64,000 bases of DNA from a bacterium (lineage in GTDB: Bacteria > UBA8248). The translations under genes and the position numbers were made by a program. Positions 9,140 to 17,439 of the stretch are shown piece by piece; position 1 is the first letter of the stretch, and every line of letters starts with the position of its first letter. The notes beneath the pieces were generated by a model. The model saw only the letters and a list, made by a program, of their open reading frames with translations, was not told the origin of the DNA and did not search any database. The DNA is taken from assembly GCA_965213625.1 (NCBI GenBank), contig CBDBZU010000004.1:1120001-1184000 (forward strand). The letters run 5' to 3'.

Positions 9140-10678
9140 ATGCTGAGCACAAGCACCAGAAAATTCGTCGGCGCCGCAGTGCTGTTCATTGCGGCCATCG
9201 CCCTTACGTGGGGGATTTCATCGGCGGCGTCCAAGGTCGTCTTCGTCCACGGGGCGGAGCCCAAGAGTCTCGACAACGCCCTTCACCCGGCCGGTTCCGC
9301 GGACCTGAACGTCCAGACGAGCCTGTACGACTCGCTGACCTTTCACCGCCTGGACGGCAAAGTCGAGGGCCGGCTCGCCACTTCATGGGAGTTCAAGAAC
9401 CCCACCACGCTTGAGTTCAAGCTGCGCAAGGGGGTGAAGTTCCACGACGGCACGCCCTTCAACGCCGCGGCCGTGAAGTTCAATCTCGACCGCACGCGAA
9501 GCCACAAGCGCGCCCGTCTGAGGAAATGGATCGCCATGATCAAGGACGTCAGCGTCATCGACGACCACACGGTCCAGATCGGGCTCAAGTATCCCTTCGC
9601 CCCCATCCTCCTGAACCTGGGCACGCCGGTCGCCGCCATCGGCAGCCCCACCGCCATCAAGAAGCACGGGAAGAATTTCCGCCGCAACCCGGTCGGAACC
9701 GGTCCGTTCATCTTTGAGAAATGGGTGGCGGGAGAATACATCCGCTTCAAGGCCAACCCTGATTACTGGGACGGAAAACCAAAAATCGACGTTCTCGAAT
9801 TCCGGCTGGTCCCCGAAGCCACGACGCGTGTATTGCAGCTTCGCTCCGGCCAGGCCCAGTTGGCCATGTTCCTGCCCCCGGCGCAGTTGGGCGAAGTGGA
9901 CAAGGACCCCAAGCTGGACTTGGTGAAAGCGCCCCTGTTCCGGGTGATCTTCATCGGAATGAGCATGCTGCACAAACCATTCGACAACCCGATCGTCCGC
10001 CAGGCGATGAACTACGCCATCGACACGAAGACCATCATCGAGAAGGTGATGCTCGGCGTGGGGCGGCCCATCCGCGGACCCTTCGGGCCGACCGTCTGGG
10101 GCTATGACCCCGAGTTCGAAAAAATGGGCTACTCCTACAATCCCGCAAAGGCCAAGGAGCTGTTGGCGAAAGCGGGCTATCCCAACGGGTTCAAGACAGA
10201 GTTCTGGCATCCCACGGGCAGGTACACGGCCGATAAGGTCGCGGCCGAAGCCATTCAGGCGCAGCTGGCGAACGTGGGCATCCAGGCGAAGCTCCGCACG
10301 GGCTCCTGGGGCCTCGTCGCTCCGTCCGTACGGAAGGGCAAAGCGCCCATGTTCCTCTACGGCTGGGGCGTATCCACGGGCGACCCGGACATGGTGATGT
10401 ACAACAAGTTCCACTCCGCCACCCATGGCCGCTCGGGGAACTACACGCGTTACAAGAACCCCGAACTCGAGAAGATCGTCGACAAGGCGCGCCAGGTCAA
10501 CGACCCGGTCAAGCGCAAGGCGATGTACAAGAAGGCGGCGAAGATGGTTATCGACAATCCGCCCTGGGTCTTCTTCAAGCAGGAAGTCATGCTGGTCGGA
10601 AAATCCAAGAAGCTCAAAGGTGTGATCGTCCACCCCGGCGAGCGGCTTTACTGGCGCAAGGCGTATCTCGAAAAGTAG
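9140..10678 (+). CDS. ABC transporter substrate-binding protein, family 5 (DppA/GsiB-like)
   Basis: Signal peptide; LRKGVKFHDGTPFNA, PVGTGPF, VRQAMNYAID; GGAGG RBS. Confidence 0.95.
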   Translation: MLSTSTRKFVGAAVLFIAAIALTWGISSAASKVVFVHGAEPKSLDNALHPAGSADLNVQTSLYDSLTFHRLDGKVEGRLATSWEFKNPTTLEFKLRKGVKFHDGTPFNAAAVKFNLDRTRSHKRARLRKWIAMIKDVSVIDDHTVQIGLKYPFAPILLNLGTPVAAIGSPTAIKKHGKNFRRNPVGTGPFIFEKWVAGEYIRFKANPDYWDGKPKIDVLEFRLVPEATTRVLQLRSGQAQLAMFLPPAQLGEVDKDPKLDLVKAPLFRVIFIGMSMLHKPFDNPIVRQAMNYAIDTKTIIEKVMLGVGRPIRGPFGPTVWGYDPEFEKMGYSYNPAKAKELLAKAGYPNGFKTEFWHPTGRYTADKVAAEAIQAQLANVGIQAKLRTGSWGLVAPSVRKGKAPMFLYGWGVSTGDPDMVMYNKFHSATHGRSGNYTRYKNPELEKIVDKARQVNDPVKRKAMYKKAAKMVIDNPPWVFFKQEVMLVGKSKKLKGVIVHPGERLYWRKAYLEK

Positions 10679-10692
10679 AAACGTAAGCCCAC

Positions 10693-10733
10693 GGCAGCCC
10701 CTTGTCCGTCCTCATCGGGCGAGGGGCTGCTTT
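10693..10733 (+). terminator. Probable intrinsic terminator or stabilising hairpin
   Basis: gcagcccct...aggggctgc followed by ttt. Confidence 0.55.
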
Positions 10734-10809
10734 GCGTCTGTTTCCCCTGACACGACTCGAACCTCCGAAAACGCCTGCGAGCAGGCCGGCCCGGAACGGG
10801 AGGATCGCC

Positions 10810-11433
10810 ATGCCGGATTCCGAAAGACTGCAGAACATGCTCGATAAATTCGAGATACAGGAAGTCGTCGCCGCCGCGTGCTACTCGCGCGACAAGGGCG
10901 ACTGGAAGACGCTACGTGATTGCTACCATCCCGATGGATGCGTGACGGTGAGCTGGCACTCCGGCCCGGTGGATGAATTCATCGAACGCTCCGTGAAGAT
11001 GATGGCCTCGCGCGACGTGCAGGAGTTCACCAAGCACGTCAACGCGAACCCGAGGGTGCGGCTGAACGGGGAGCGCGCGATCATCGAGTACGACGTCATT
11101 CTTCACAACCGGCGTCTCCTGGACGGCTACGCGTTCGATTTCCACACCTGGAGCTGCTACCTCGACCAGGTGGAAAAGCGTGACGGCAGGTGGCGGATTT
11201 TCAACCGAACGGCCATCTACGAGAAGGATCGCATGGACGCGCACAACCCCCGGGAAATACCGGAATCCTTCTACGAGGACATGAACCTCGAGCAATATCC
11301 CCTGAACATCCGCTACCACTGCTGGCGGAACGCGCGGACGGGACAGACGCCGCCCGAGGGAATCACCATCGCCAGGACCGAGAAAGAGACCGAAGTGCGC
11401 GCGGCGGCCGAGAGCTGGCTCGCCGGCGGGTAG
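10810..11433 (+). CDS. SnoaL-like/NTF2-fold protein
   Basis: RDKGDWKTLRDCYHPD, YLDQVEKRDGRWRI. Confidence 0.8.
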   Translation: MPDSERLQNMLDKFEIQEVVAAACYSRDKGDWKTLRDCYHPDGCVTVSWHSGPVDEFIERSVKMMASRDVQEFTKHVNANPRVRLNGERAIIEYDVILHNRRLLDGYAFDFHTWSCYLDQVEKRDGRWRIFNRTAIYEKDRMDAHNPREIPESFYEDMNLEQYPLNIRYHCWRNARTGQTPPEGITIARTEKETEVRAAAESWLAGG

Positions 11434-11500
11434 AGGCCGAGCGTTTCGTAAAGGGGGAATTCAGTTCCTCTGGGAATTGTCAGAAGGATATGGAATTTCC

Positions 11501-11528
11501 GTAGGGACAGGTCGCGACCTGTCCCTGC
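11501..11528. repeat. GTAG-family REP palindrome
   Basis: gtagggacaggtcgcgacctgtccctgc; same core at 13808-13832, degenerate copy at ~14152-14170. Confidence 0.85.
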
Positions 11529-11568
11529 GCAGGATTGCTTACGGATATGCCGGGTGGTCCTCCCTCCC

Positions 11569-11784
11569 TCACGCCAGCATTAGCCGCTCGCCTTTGGGTT
11601 CGGGTACGGGGTCGCCGCTCTCTTGCGCCGTATCAATCCAGAGTTCCATCGCCTGATTGATGTGTTTGAGAGCGTCTTCCTGCGTGTCCCCGTGCGCCAT
11701 GCAGCCGGGAAGCTCCGGGACCTCGGCCACGAAAGCGCCGTCCGCGTTGCTCCAATAGAGAATGATCTCGTACTTGAACATCAT
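11569..11784 (-). CDS. hicB: HicB-family antitoxin (short form)
   Basis: FVAEVPELPGCMAHGDTQEDAL...GDPVPEP. Confidence 0.92.
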   Translation of the reverse strand: MMFKYEIILYWSNADGAFVAEVPELPGCMAHGDTQEDALKHINQAMELWIDTAQESGDPVPEPKGERLMLA

Positions 11785-12032
11785 TCGTCCTCCAGTTCGT
11801 ATTTCAGGAGCACCATACGGACCTGCCGTACCTGATAGGGTTTCGCATGGGCGCCGTCGCGTTGGAGATTGATTCTCTCGGCGACGCCCTATCTGCTGAA
11901 AATATGGTGGCTCCCGCGTATTTGTTCGGTGAATCCCAGATTTCGAAGCAGGCCGCGCAAGTCGTCAAAGCGGATACTTGCATCCGAGCGACCACCTAGA
12001 ATCCTGTCAAAAAGAGGTTGACCTCGGCTCAT
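11781..12032 (-). pseudogene. hicA: HicA-family toxin with in-frame TAG at codon 48 (11889-11891); not in the ORF track
   Basis: MSRGQPLFDRILGGRSDASIRFDDLRGLLRNLGFTEQIRGSHHIFSR*GVAERINLQRDGAHAKPYQVRQVRMVLLKYELEDE; ATGA overlap with hicB. Confidence 0.9.
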
Positions 12033-12113
12033 GCGTAATCCCCGTCGAACATCCGCCACCACTCTCCAAAATACCTTTTCGCTTTCACCCTGTCATCCGG
12101 CTCTGAATTCCCC

Positions 12114-12791
12114 TCACGAATAAAACCGCCTCACCAGGTCGTCCAGGCTGAAGTCGTCCGCGCGGATGGCGTCGAGGAGTTCGGCTTCTTTTGCGAGCAC
12201 GCTGTCGGCTGCGCCGGGGATATCCGCCGCGATTTCTTTGGGCACGACCACCGCGCCGCCCCCGTCCGCGTGGATCAGGTCGCCCGGCGCCACGGCCATC
12301 CCGCCGACGGCCACCGGCGTGTTCACCGCCACCACGCGCACGTCGCCGCGCGATACCGTCATGCCCGCGCACCAGGTCTTGAAGCCCGCCTTGCGCATCT
12401 CCTCGATATCGCGCACCACCCCGTTCGTCACCACGCCCTCCGCTCCCAGGCGCGAGAAGAGGTTCGACATGATCTCCCCCCAAAGACACGCCGAGAGCGG
12501 CTTGGGGCCGACGTCCTGCTGCACGAGGACGCAGGGCTTGGGCGCGGCGGCCACGGCCTCATAGAGCGCGATTCTTGAAGTGTGCGCCCGCTCCTCGCCC
12601 GGCGCGTACTCGCTGGTCGTGAACGTCACGGCGTAGCCCAGCGCCACGCCCATATCGGGGAACATGCACTTAATACTCGCGTCGGTGTGGCCCAGCGTCC
12701 TCGGGCGCACACCGAAGGATTCCACCGCGTTCGACACCGTGGGCGTGTCGATTTCTCTCAGCTTCGCGAGCGTTTCAGCAGATAGCGTCAT
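12114..12791 (-). CDS. RraA/HMG-aldolase family protein
   Basis: DTPTVSNA, WGEIM, VTNGVVRD, PGDLIHAD. Confidence 0.9.
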   Translation of the reverse strand: MTLSAETLAKLREIDTPTVSNAVESFGVRPRTLGHTDASIKCMFPDMGVALGYAVTFTTSEYAPGEERAHTSRIALYEAVAAAPKPCVLVQQDVGPKPLSACLWGEIMSNLFSRLGAEGVVTNGVVRDIEEMRKAGFKTWCAGMTVSRGDVRVVAVNTPVAVGGMAVAPGDLIHADGGGAVVVPKEIAADIPGAADSVLAKEAELLDAIRADDFSLDDLVRRFYS

Positions 12792-12947
12792 CTATCGTCT
12801 CCTTGATTGATAAGAGGCGGCCCGGCCACGCCGCGCGCCTCTCTCGTAAGTCAAAAGAATAAAAATTCTCAGGAGGCTGGATTATACGATCGCGCGTGCG
12901 ATGCGAATAGCGGCGCACCTTGAACGTTAATATGAGTCGGCCCGTCA

Positions 12948-12977
12948 TTGACTGGCATAACAAATTTGTTATATTCT
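12948..12977 (+). promoter_or_regulatory. TA operon promoter with an overlapping 16-bp palindromic operator
   Basis: TTGACT (12948) and TATATT/TATTCT; perfect palindrome ATAACAAATTTGTTAT at 12957-12972. Confidence 0.7.
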
Positions 12978-13050
12978 ATGCGGAGACCCGGAGAAATATC
13001 CTTATAAAATATCAACGACAAACTACGAGGAGAAAGGATGAATCATTTCC

Positions 13051-13416
13051 GTGCAACGCAAGAAACTGGAGATAGAGAAGCCCCTCGTTTGGGAGGGAAA
13101 CAGCAAGAAAGAGTTGTTGAAATTCCCGCGCGAGGTTCAGAGAGACTTCGGCTACGCCCTTTACCGGGCCCAGTGCGGTAATAAGCACCCCTCCGCCAAG
13201 CCGCTTAAGGGTTTCAGGGGAGCCAGAGTTTTAGAGATAGTTGAAAATTATGACCAGGACGCATATCGAGTCGTATACACAATAAAGTTTGCAGACGCCG
13301 TATATGTCCTCCACGTTTTTCAAAAGAAATCGAAAAGGGGAATCCGGACGCCACGGCGGGATATGGAGATCATCGAGGTCAATTTCAAGCGACTGATGGA
13401 ACGAATAAAAAGGTAG
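13051..13416 (+). CDS. RelE/ParE-superfamily toxin (Gp49/Tad-like)
   Basis: KPLKGF, YRVVYTIKFADAVYVLHVFQKKSKRG. Confidence 0.88.
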   Translation: MQRKKLEIEKPLVWEGNSKKELLKFPREVQRDFGYALYRAQCGNKHPSAKPLKGFRGARVLEIVENYDQDAYRVVYTIKFADAVYVLHVFQKKSKRGIRTPRRDMEIIEVNFKRLMERIKR

Positions 13417-13445
13417 AGAAAACACCAGAAAACGAGGAGAACGGA

Positions 13446-13781
13446 ATGGATGAAAAAATCATCACGGAAGGCGTAATAAACGTATTCGAGGATTTGGGAC
13501 TTCCCGATGCCAATGAATTGTTCCTCAAGGCAAAACTTCTCTCGGAGATTATGGATACCATCGAATCGAGAGGGCTCAAGCAAAAAGACCTCATAGAGTA
13601 TCTGGGTATCAAGCAACCGGAAGCCTCGTATCTCATGAACGGGAAGCTCTCCCGCTTCTCCCGCGAGCGGCTCATCGACTACATGGTCAAGCTGGGGATG
13701 ACGGTGGAGTTGCGGGTGAAGAAGCCGAAGAAAAACGCTCCCCTCAAACCCGGCGCGCTCATATACACGGGGGTTTCGTAG
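13446..13781 (+). CDS. XRE-family HTH antitoxin (HigA2-like)
   Basis: NVFEDLGLPDA, GIKQPEASYLMNGKLSRFSRERL. Confidence 0.88.
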   Translation: MDEKIITEGVINVFEDLGLPDANELFLKAKLLSEIMDTIESRGLKQKDLIEYLGIKQPEASYLMNGKLSRFSRERLIDYMVKLGMTVELRVKKPKKNAPLKPGALIYTGVS

Positions 13782-14170
13782 GGGGTCTGCCTACGTAGGA
13801 TTGTTTTGTAGGGACAGGTCGCGACCTGTCCTGAAATTCTCCTTCCTTACAGAGCGCCAACCAACCACTCCCCCCTTGAGGGGGAGTCGATGAAGCCGAG
13901 CGGTATTTGCGAAGGCTGAATCGGAGGGGGGCAAAATGCGTTTTCTTGCCATTCCAAATCATACCCCCCACCAGTTCACTTTCGGGCTTACGCCCTCAGT
14001 TCACTGACTCCCCCTCAAGGGGGGAGTGGTTCTTCTCTCTCGTCTCTCGTTTGGAAAATTCTTCTGGATTCCGTCGAACCCTCCCTCCTCGGTCGGGTCC
14101 GACACCGGAATGACGAGCAGAACCGCACCGCCTCGCAGGGGGCCGTTCTTTTTAGGACAAGTCGCGACTT
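13778..14170. repeat. Composite REP cluster: GTAG REPs, ~170-bp repeat copy C (13866-14028), GTCATTCCGG-type hairpin (14065-14114)
   Basis: Direct similarity to 738-919, 4880-4929 and 11501-11528. Confidence 0.85.
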
Positions 14171-14210
14171 GTGGGACGGCCCCGAGAAGGGGTTCTTCCC
14201 TGCTACACCC

Positions 14211-14759
14211 CTACCCCCGCACGCTCTCCCGCCAGTCGCGCATGGCGGCGCGCGTGGTGTCGAAGGCGAGCTCGTCGAAGTCTATCGCATCGGGCGCGAC
14301 GAGCTTCACCTCGGTGGTCTCCGACAGGGCGCGGGGGGCGCCCGCCGTCACGGCGCCCGTGTAGACGATGAGCACGGTGGCGTTTCCCTCGAACGAGTAC
14401 ACCCCCAGTAGCGAATCCACCGCCACCTCGATGCCCGCTTCCTCAAACGCCTCGCGCGCGGCGGCTTCAGATACCACCTCGCCCCGGTTCACGAAACCGC
14501 CCGGGAATGTCCAGAGCCCCTTGCCGGGGTTGTGGGCGCGCCGCACGAGCACGGCCTCCCCGTCGATGGTTGCCACGACGCCCGCCGCCACCTTGGGGTC
14601 GAGGAAATGGACGTGGTTGCAGGACGCCGCGCTGCAGCAAAGCTGCATGGTGCCGTCTCCCTCCGTCCAGGAGCGATAGACGAGCGGACTCCCGCAGGCG
14701 ACGCAGAACTTCACCCCGCCTCCCAGATGGGGGTGGGCCTGAGGTGCGTCCGCGCTCAT
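14211..14759 (-). CDS. NUDIX hydrolase with N-terminal zinc ribbon
   Basis: FCVACG; GGFVNRGEVVSEAAAREAFEEAG Nudix box. Confidence 0.92.
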   Translation of the reverse strand: MSADAPQAHPHLGGGVKFCVACGSPLVYRSWTEGDGTMQLCCSAASCNHVHFLDPKVAAGVVATIDGEAVLVRRAHNPGKGLWTFPGGFVNRGEVVSEAAAREAFEEAGIEVAVDSLLGVYSFEGNATVLIVYTGAVTAGAPRALSETTEVKLVAPDAIDFDELAFDTTRAAMRDWRESVRG

Positions 14760-15457
14760 GTCAGAAATTGTTCGGCTCCGGGCTGGCAGAAAGGGTTGGT
14801 GGATTTCTCGTGGCCGATAGTGGTCTCGGGCCCATGGCCCGGATGCACGACCGTATCGTCAGGCAAGGTGAGCAGTTGCGCCCGGATGCTGCCCAGCAGC
14901 ACGTTCGCGTCGCCCATGTAGAGGTCAGTCCGCCCGATAGAGCCTGCGAAAAGCGCGTCGCCCACGATGGCGTGCCCCGGCTCGTTCTCATTCCCAGACC
15001 GGTAGAGCGTGACGTTGCCCGGCGCGTGCCCGTCGGTGAGCCTGATCTCGAATTCCAGGTTTCCCACGGAATTCGACTCACCCGGCACGAGGTGCGCGTC
15101 CACCTCGGGAACCGGCGGTTCCGGAAACCCGTAGCCGCGCGCCGCGTTCGGCATGTTTTGCAGGTTGAAGAGTTCCGCCTCGTGGAGCCAGTAGGGAATC
15201 TTGAGTTTTTCCTTCGCCTCCGCGACGCCCTCGGCGTGGTCGAGATGCGCATGGGTGCCGATAATCTTGGTCAGTGTAAGGCCGTGCCCGCGCGCAACCG
15301 AAATGACGCGCTCCACCTCCGCGCCCGGGTCGACGTAGGCGCCTTCTTTCGTCTCCTCGCAGCCCACGACGTAGCTGTTCATCTGGAATGGGCCGACGGG
15401 TATCCGTTCGAGGATCAAGGATAGTCCTTTCTCAGGAAAAAGTGAGGGAGTGTTCAC
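14756..15457 (-). CDS. MBL-fold metallo-hydrolase (glyoxalase II family)
   Basis: THAHLDH, GHAPG, GDALF, PGHGP. Confidence 0.92.
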   Translation of the reverse strand: MNTPSLFPEKGLSLILERIPVGPFQMNSYVVGCEETKEGAYVDPGAEVERVISVARGHGLTLTKIIGTHAHLDHAEGVAEAKEKLKIPYWLHEAELFNLQNMPNAARGYGFPEPPVPEVDAHLVPGESNSVGNLEFEIRLTDGHAPGNVTLYRSGNENEPGHAIVGDALFAGSIGRTDLYMGDANVLLGSIRAQLLTLPDDTVVHPGHGPETTIGHEKSTNPFCQPGAEQFLT

Positions 15458-15460
15458 CTC

Positions 15461-16360
15461 TTAGGAATCGGAAGGGAAAATGACGATTTCGATCCTGCGG
15501 TTCGTCCGCCGGCCCTCGCGCGTATCATTGTCGGCGATCGGGCGGTACTCGCCCATTCCCGCTCCCGATACCCGGCGCGGGTCGAGGTTTCCCACCTCGA
15601 CGAAGTAGCGCAGCACCCGCGTGGCCCTCGCGGCGGAAAGCTCCCAGTTCGTCTCCCAGCGCTCCGCCAGACGGTCGGATATCTGCACGTTGTCTGTATG
15701 GCCCTGCACCTGGACCTCGCGGTTCGAGTAGCGGCGCAGGAGGCTCGAGAATTTCACGAGCAGGGCCTTGCTTTCGGATCGGATCTTCGCGCTTCCCGAC
15801 CGGAACAGGATGGCGCTCGCGATGCTGATGATCACTCGGTCGCCCACGCGGCGCACCTCCACGATTCCACGGCGGCGCTCTCTTTGCAATTGGGCTTTCA
15901 TGTCCTTTTCGAGCTGGATCTGGAAGCGAATCCGGTCCTCGAAGCGCAGGAGTTTCTTTTGCGCGGCGACGAGGTTCTTTTGAAGTTCCCGGACACGCGC
16001 GCGCGAGTTCTCATAGGCGCGCTCGAAACGCCGGGATTTCTTGGCGCTCTCGGATTGCTGCGACTGCTGTGCGGTCATCCGCGCGCGCAGGTCGGCCACG
16101 CGCGTTTCCGTCTGCTGGCTGTGTCGCCGGGCCATGGTGAGGGACTGGCTGAGTTCCTGGTTTTCCAGGTCTTTTTGTTTGATTCGTCCTTCGAGTTCCT
16201 CGATCTGGCCGCGAAGTTCACTAACCCGGCTCTCGGTCTTTGCGATTTCGCCCCTGAGGCCCGCGGCTTCATCCGTTTTTCGCTCATAGTCTTCGATGCC
16301 CACGCATCCGGTGAGCAGGGCGGCGACGAGGAATAAAATAGCGAGGCGATTCGTCTGCAT
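15461..16360 (-). CDS. OmpA/MotB-domain lipoprotein with long coiled coil
   Basis: Lipobox LLTGC; GHTDN, NWELSAARA, NRRIEI. Confidence 0.88.
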   Translation of the reverse strand: MQTNRLAILFLVAALLTGCVGIEDYERKTDEAAGLRGEIAKTESRVSELRGQIEELEGRIKQKDLENQELSQSLTMARRHSQQTETRVADLRARMTAQQSQQSESAKKSRRFERAYENSRARVRELQKNLVAAQKKLLRFEDRIRFQIQLEKDMKAQLQRERRRGIVEVRRVGDRVIISIASAILFRSGSAKIRSESKALLVKFSSLLRRYSNREVQVQGHTDNVQISDRLAERWETNWELSAARATRVLRYFVEVGNLDPRRVSGAGMGEYRPIADNDTREGRRTNRRIEIVIFPSDS

Positions 16361-17401
16361 TTAGTTTCCTCCTCCAGACATGAAGCGGTTGGCATCGGCG
16401 ACGTCGAGCTTGCTGCCGACGATGAAGGGAATGCGCTGGTGCAGCTTTTCGGGCTGTATCTCCAACACCCTGCGGCAGCCGTCGCTCGCTGCGCCCCCGG
16501 CTTGCTCAGCGATGAAGGACATGGGGTTGCACTCGTAGAGAAGGCGCAGCTTGCCGTTCGGGTTTTTCTTGTCGCCGGGATAAAGGAAGATGCCGCCCTT
16601 CAAGAGGTTTCTGTGGAAATCGGCCACCAGCGAGCCGATGTAGCGCCCCGAATAGGGGCGGTCCGTTTCGGCGTCTTCCTCTTTCAGGTATTCGACGTAG
16701 CGGGCGGTGGAATCGTCCCATTTCGAGGAATTGCCCTCGTTGATGCTGTATATCTTCCCCCGCTCGGGAATCCGGATGTTGGGATGGGAGAGGAAGAATT
16801 CGCCCACCGAAGGGTCGAGCGTGAAGCCGTCGACGCCATTGCCCGTGGTGTAGACCAGCATGGTGGATGAGCCGTAGATGACGTAGCCCGCGCAAATCTG
16901 CGCCAAACCCGTTTGGAGAAAGTCGTCGATCTCCGTAGGTCCGCCGTCTTCCTTGCGGCGCAGGATCGAGAAAATCGAGCCGATGCTCACGTTCACGTCG
17001 ATGTTCGAGGAGCCGTCCAGCGGATCGTAGAGCACGACGTATTCGCCACCCTCGATGTATTCGCCGGGGACGGCATAGACCTCCTCCATCTCCTCGCTCG
17101 CCAGGGCGGCCACCGATCCCGTGTGGTCGAGGGCTTTTCGCAGCACGTCGTTAGCGTATTCGTCGAGTTTCTGGACTTCCTCGCCCTGCACGTTGACCTC
17201 GCCGGTCAACCCGAGGATGTCCACGAGGCCCGCCTTGTTCACTTCGGCGTTGATGATCTTTGCGGCCAGGGTGATCTGCGTGACGAGGCGGGTGAACAGC
17301 CCGCGTGCGCCCGGGTGGTTCCTCTCCTCCTCGCGGATGTGGCGCTCGAGCGTCATTCCCCTGAATTTCGTGGTGTCGACGGTAGCGGCTTCCTGCTGCA
17401 T
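16361..17401 (-). CDS. fbp: Fructose-1,6-bisphosphatase class 1
   Basis: DPLDGSSNID, RYIGSLVADFHR, GKLRLLYE. Confidence 0.97.
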   Translation of the reverse strand: MQQEAATVDTTKFRGMTLERHIREEERNHPGARGLFTRLVTQITLAAKIINAEVNKAGLVDILGLTGEVNVQGEEVQKLDEYANDVLRKALDHTGSVAALASEEMEEVYAVPGEYIEGGEYVVLYDPLDGSSNIDVNVSIGSIFSILRRKEDGGPTEIDDFLQTGLAQICAGYVIYGSSTMLVYTTGNGVDGFTLDPSVGEFFLSHPNIRIPERGKIYSINEGNSSKWDDSTARYVEYLKEEDAETDRPYSGRYIGSLVADFHRNLLKGGIFLYPGDKKNPNGKLRLLYECNPMSFIAEQAGGAASDGCRRVLEIQPEKLHQRIPFIVGSKLDVADANRFMSGGGN

Positions 17402-17439
17402 CCTCTCTCTTGCTCCTTGGTGGGCGGTTGCTTGTTCGG

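Noticed and set aside
9383-10633. 416-aa antisense ORF over the SBP
   Set aside because: Artefact of codon bias on the opposite strand
1835-12032. Genome-wide TAG reassignment
   Set aside because: The DppC, SBP, SnoaL, RelE, TctC and other genes end at TAG at natural C-termini
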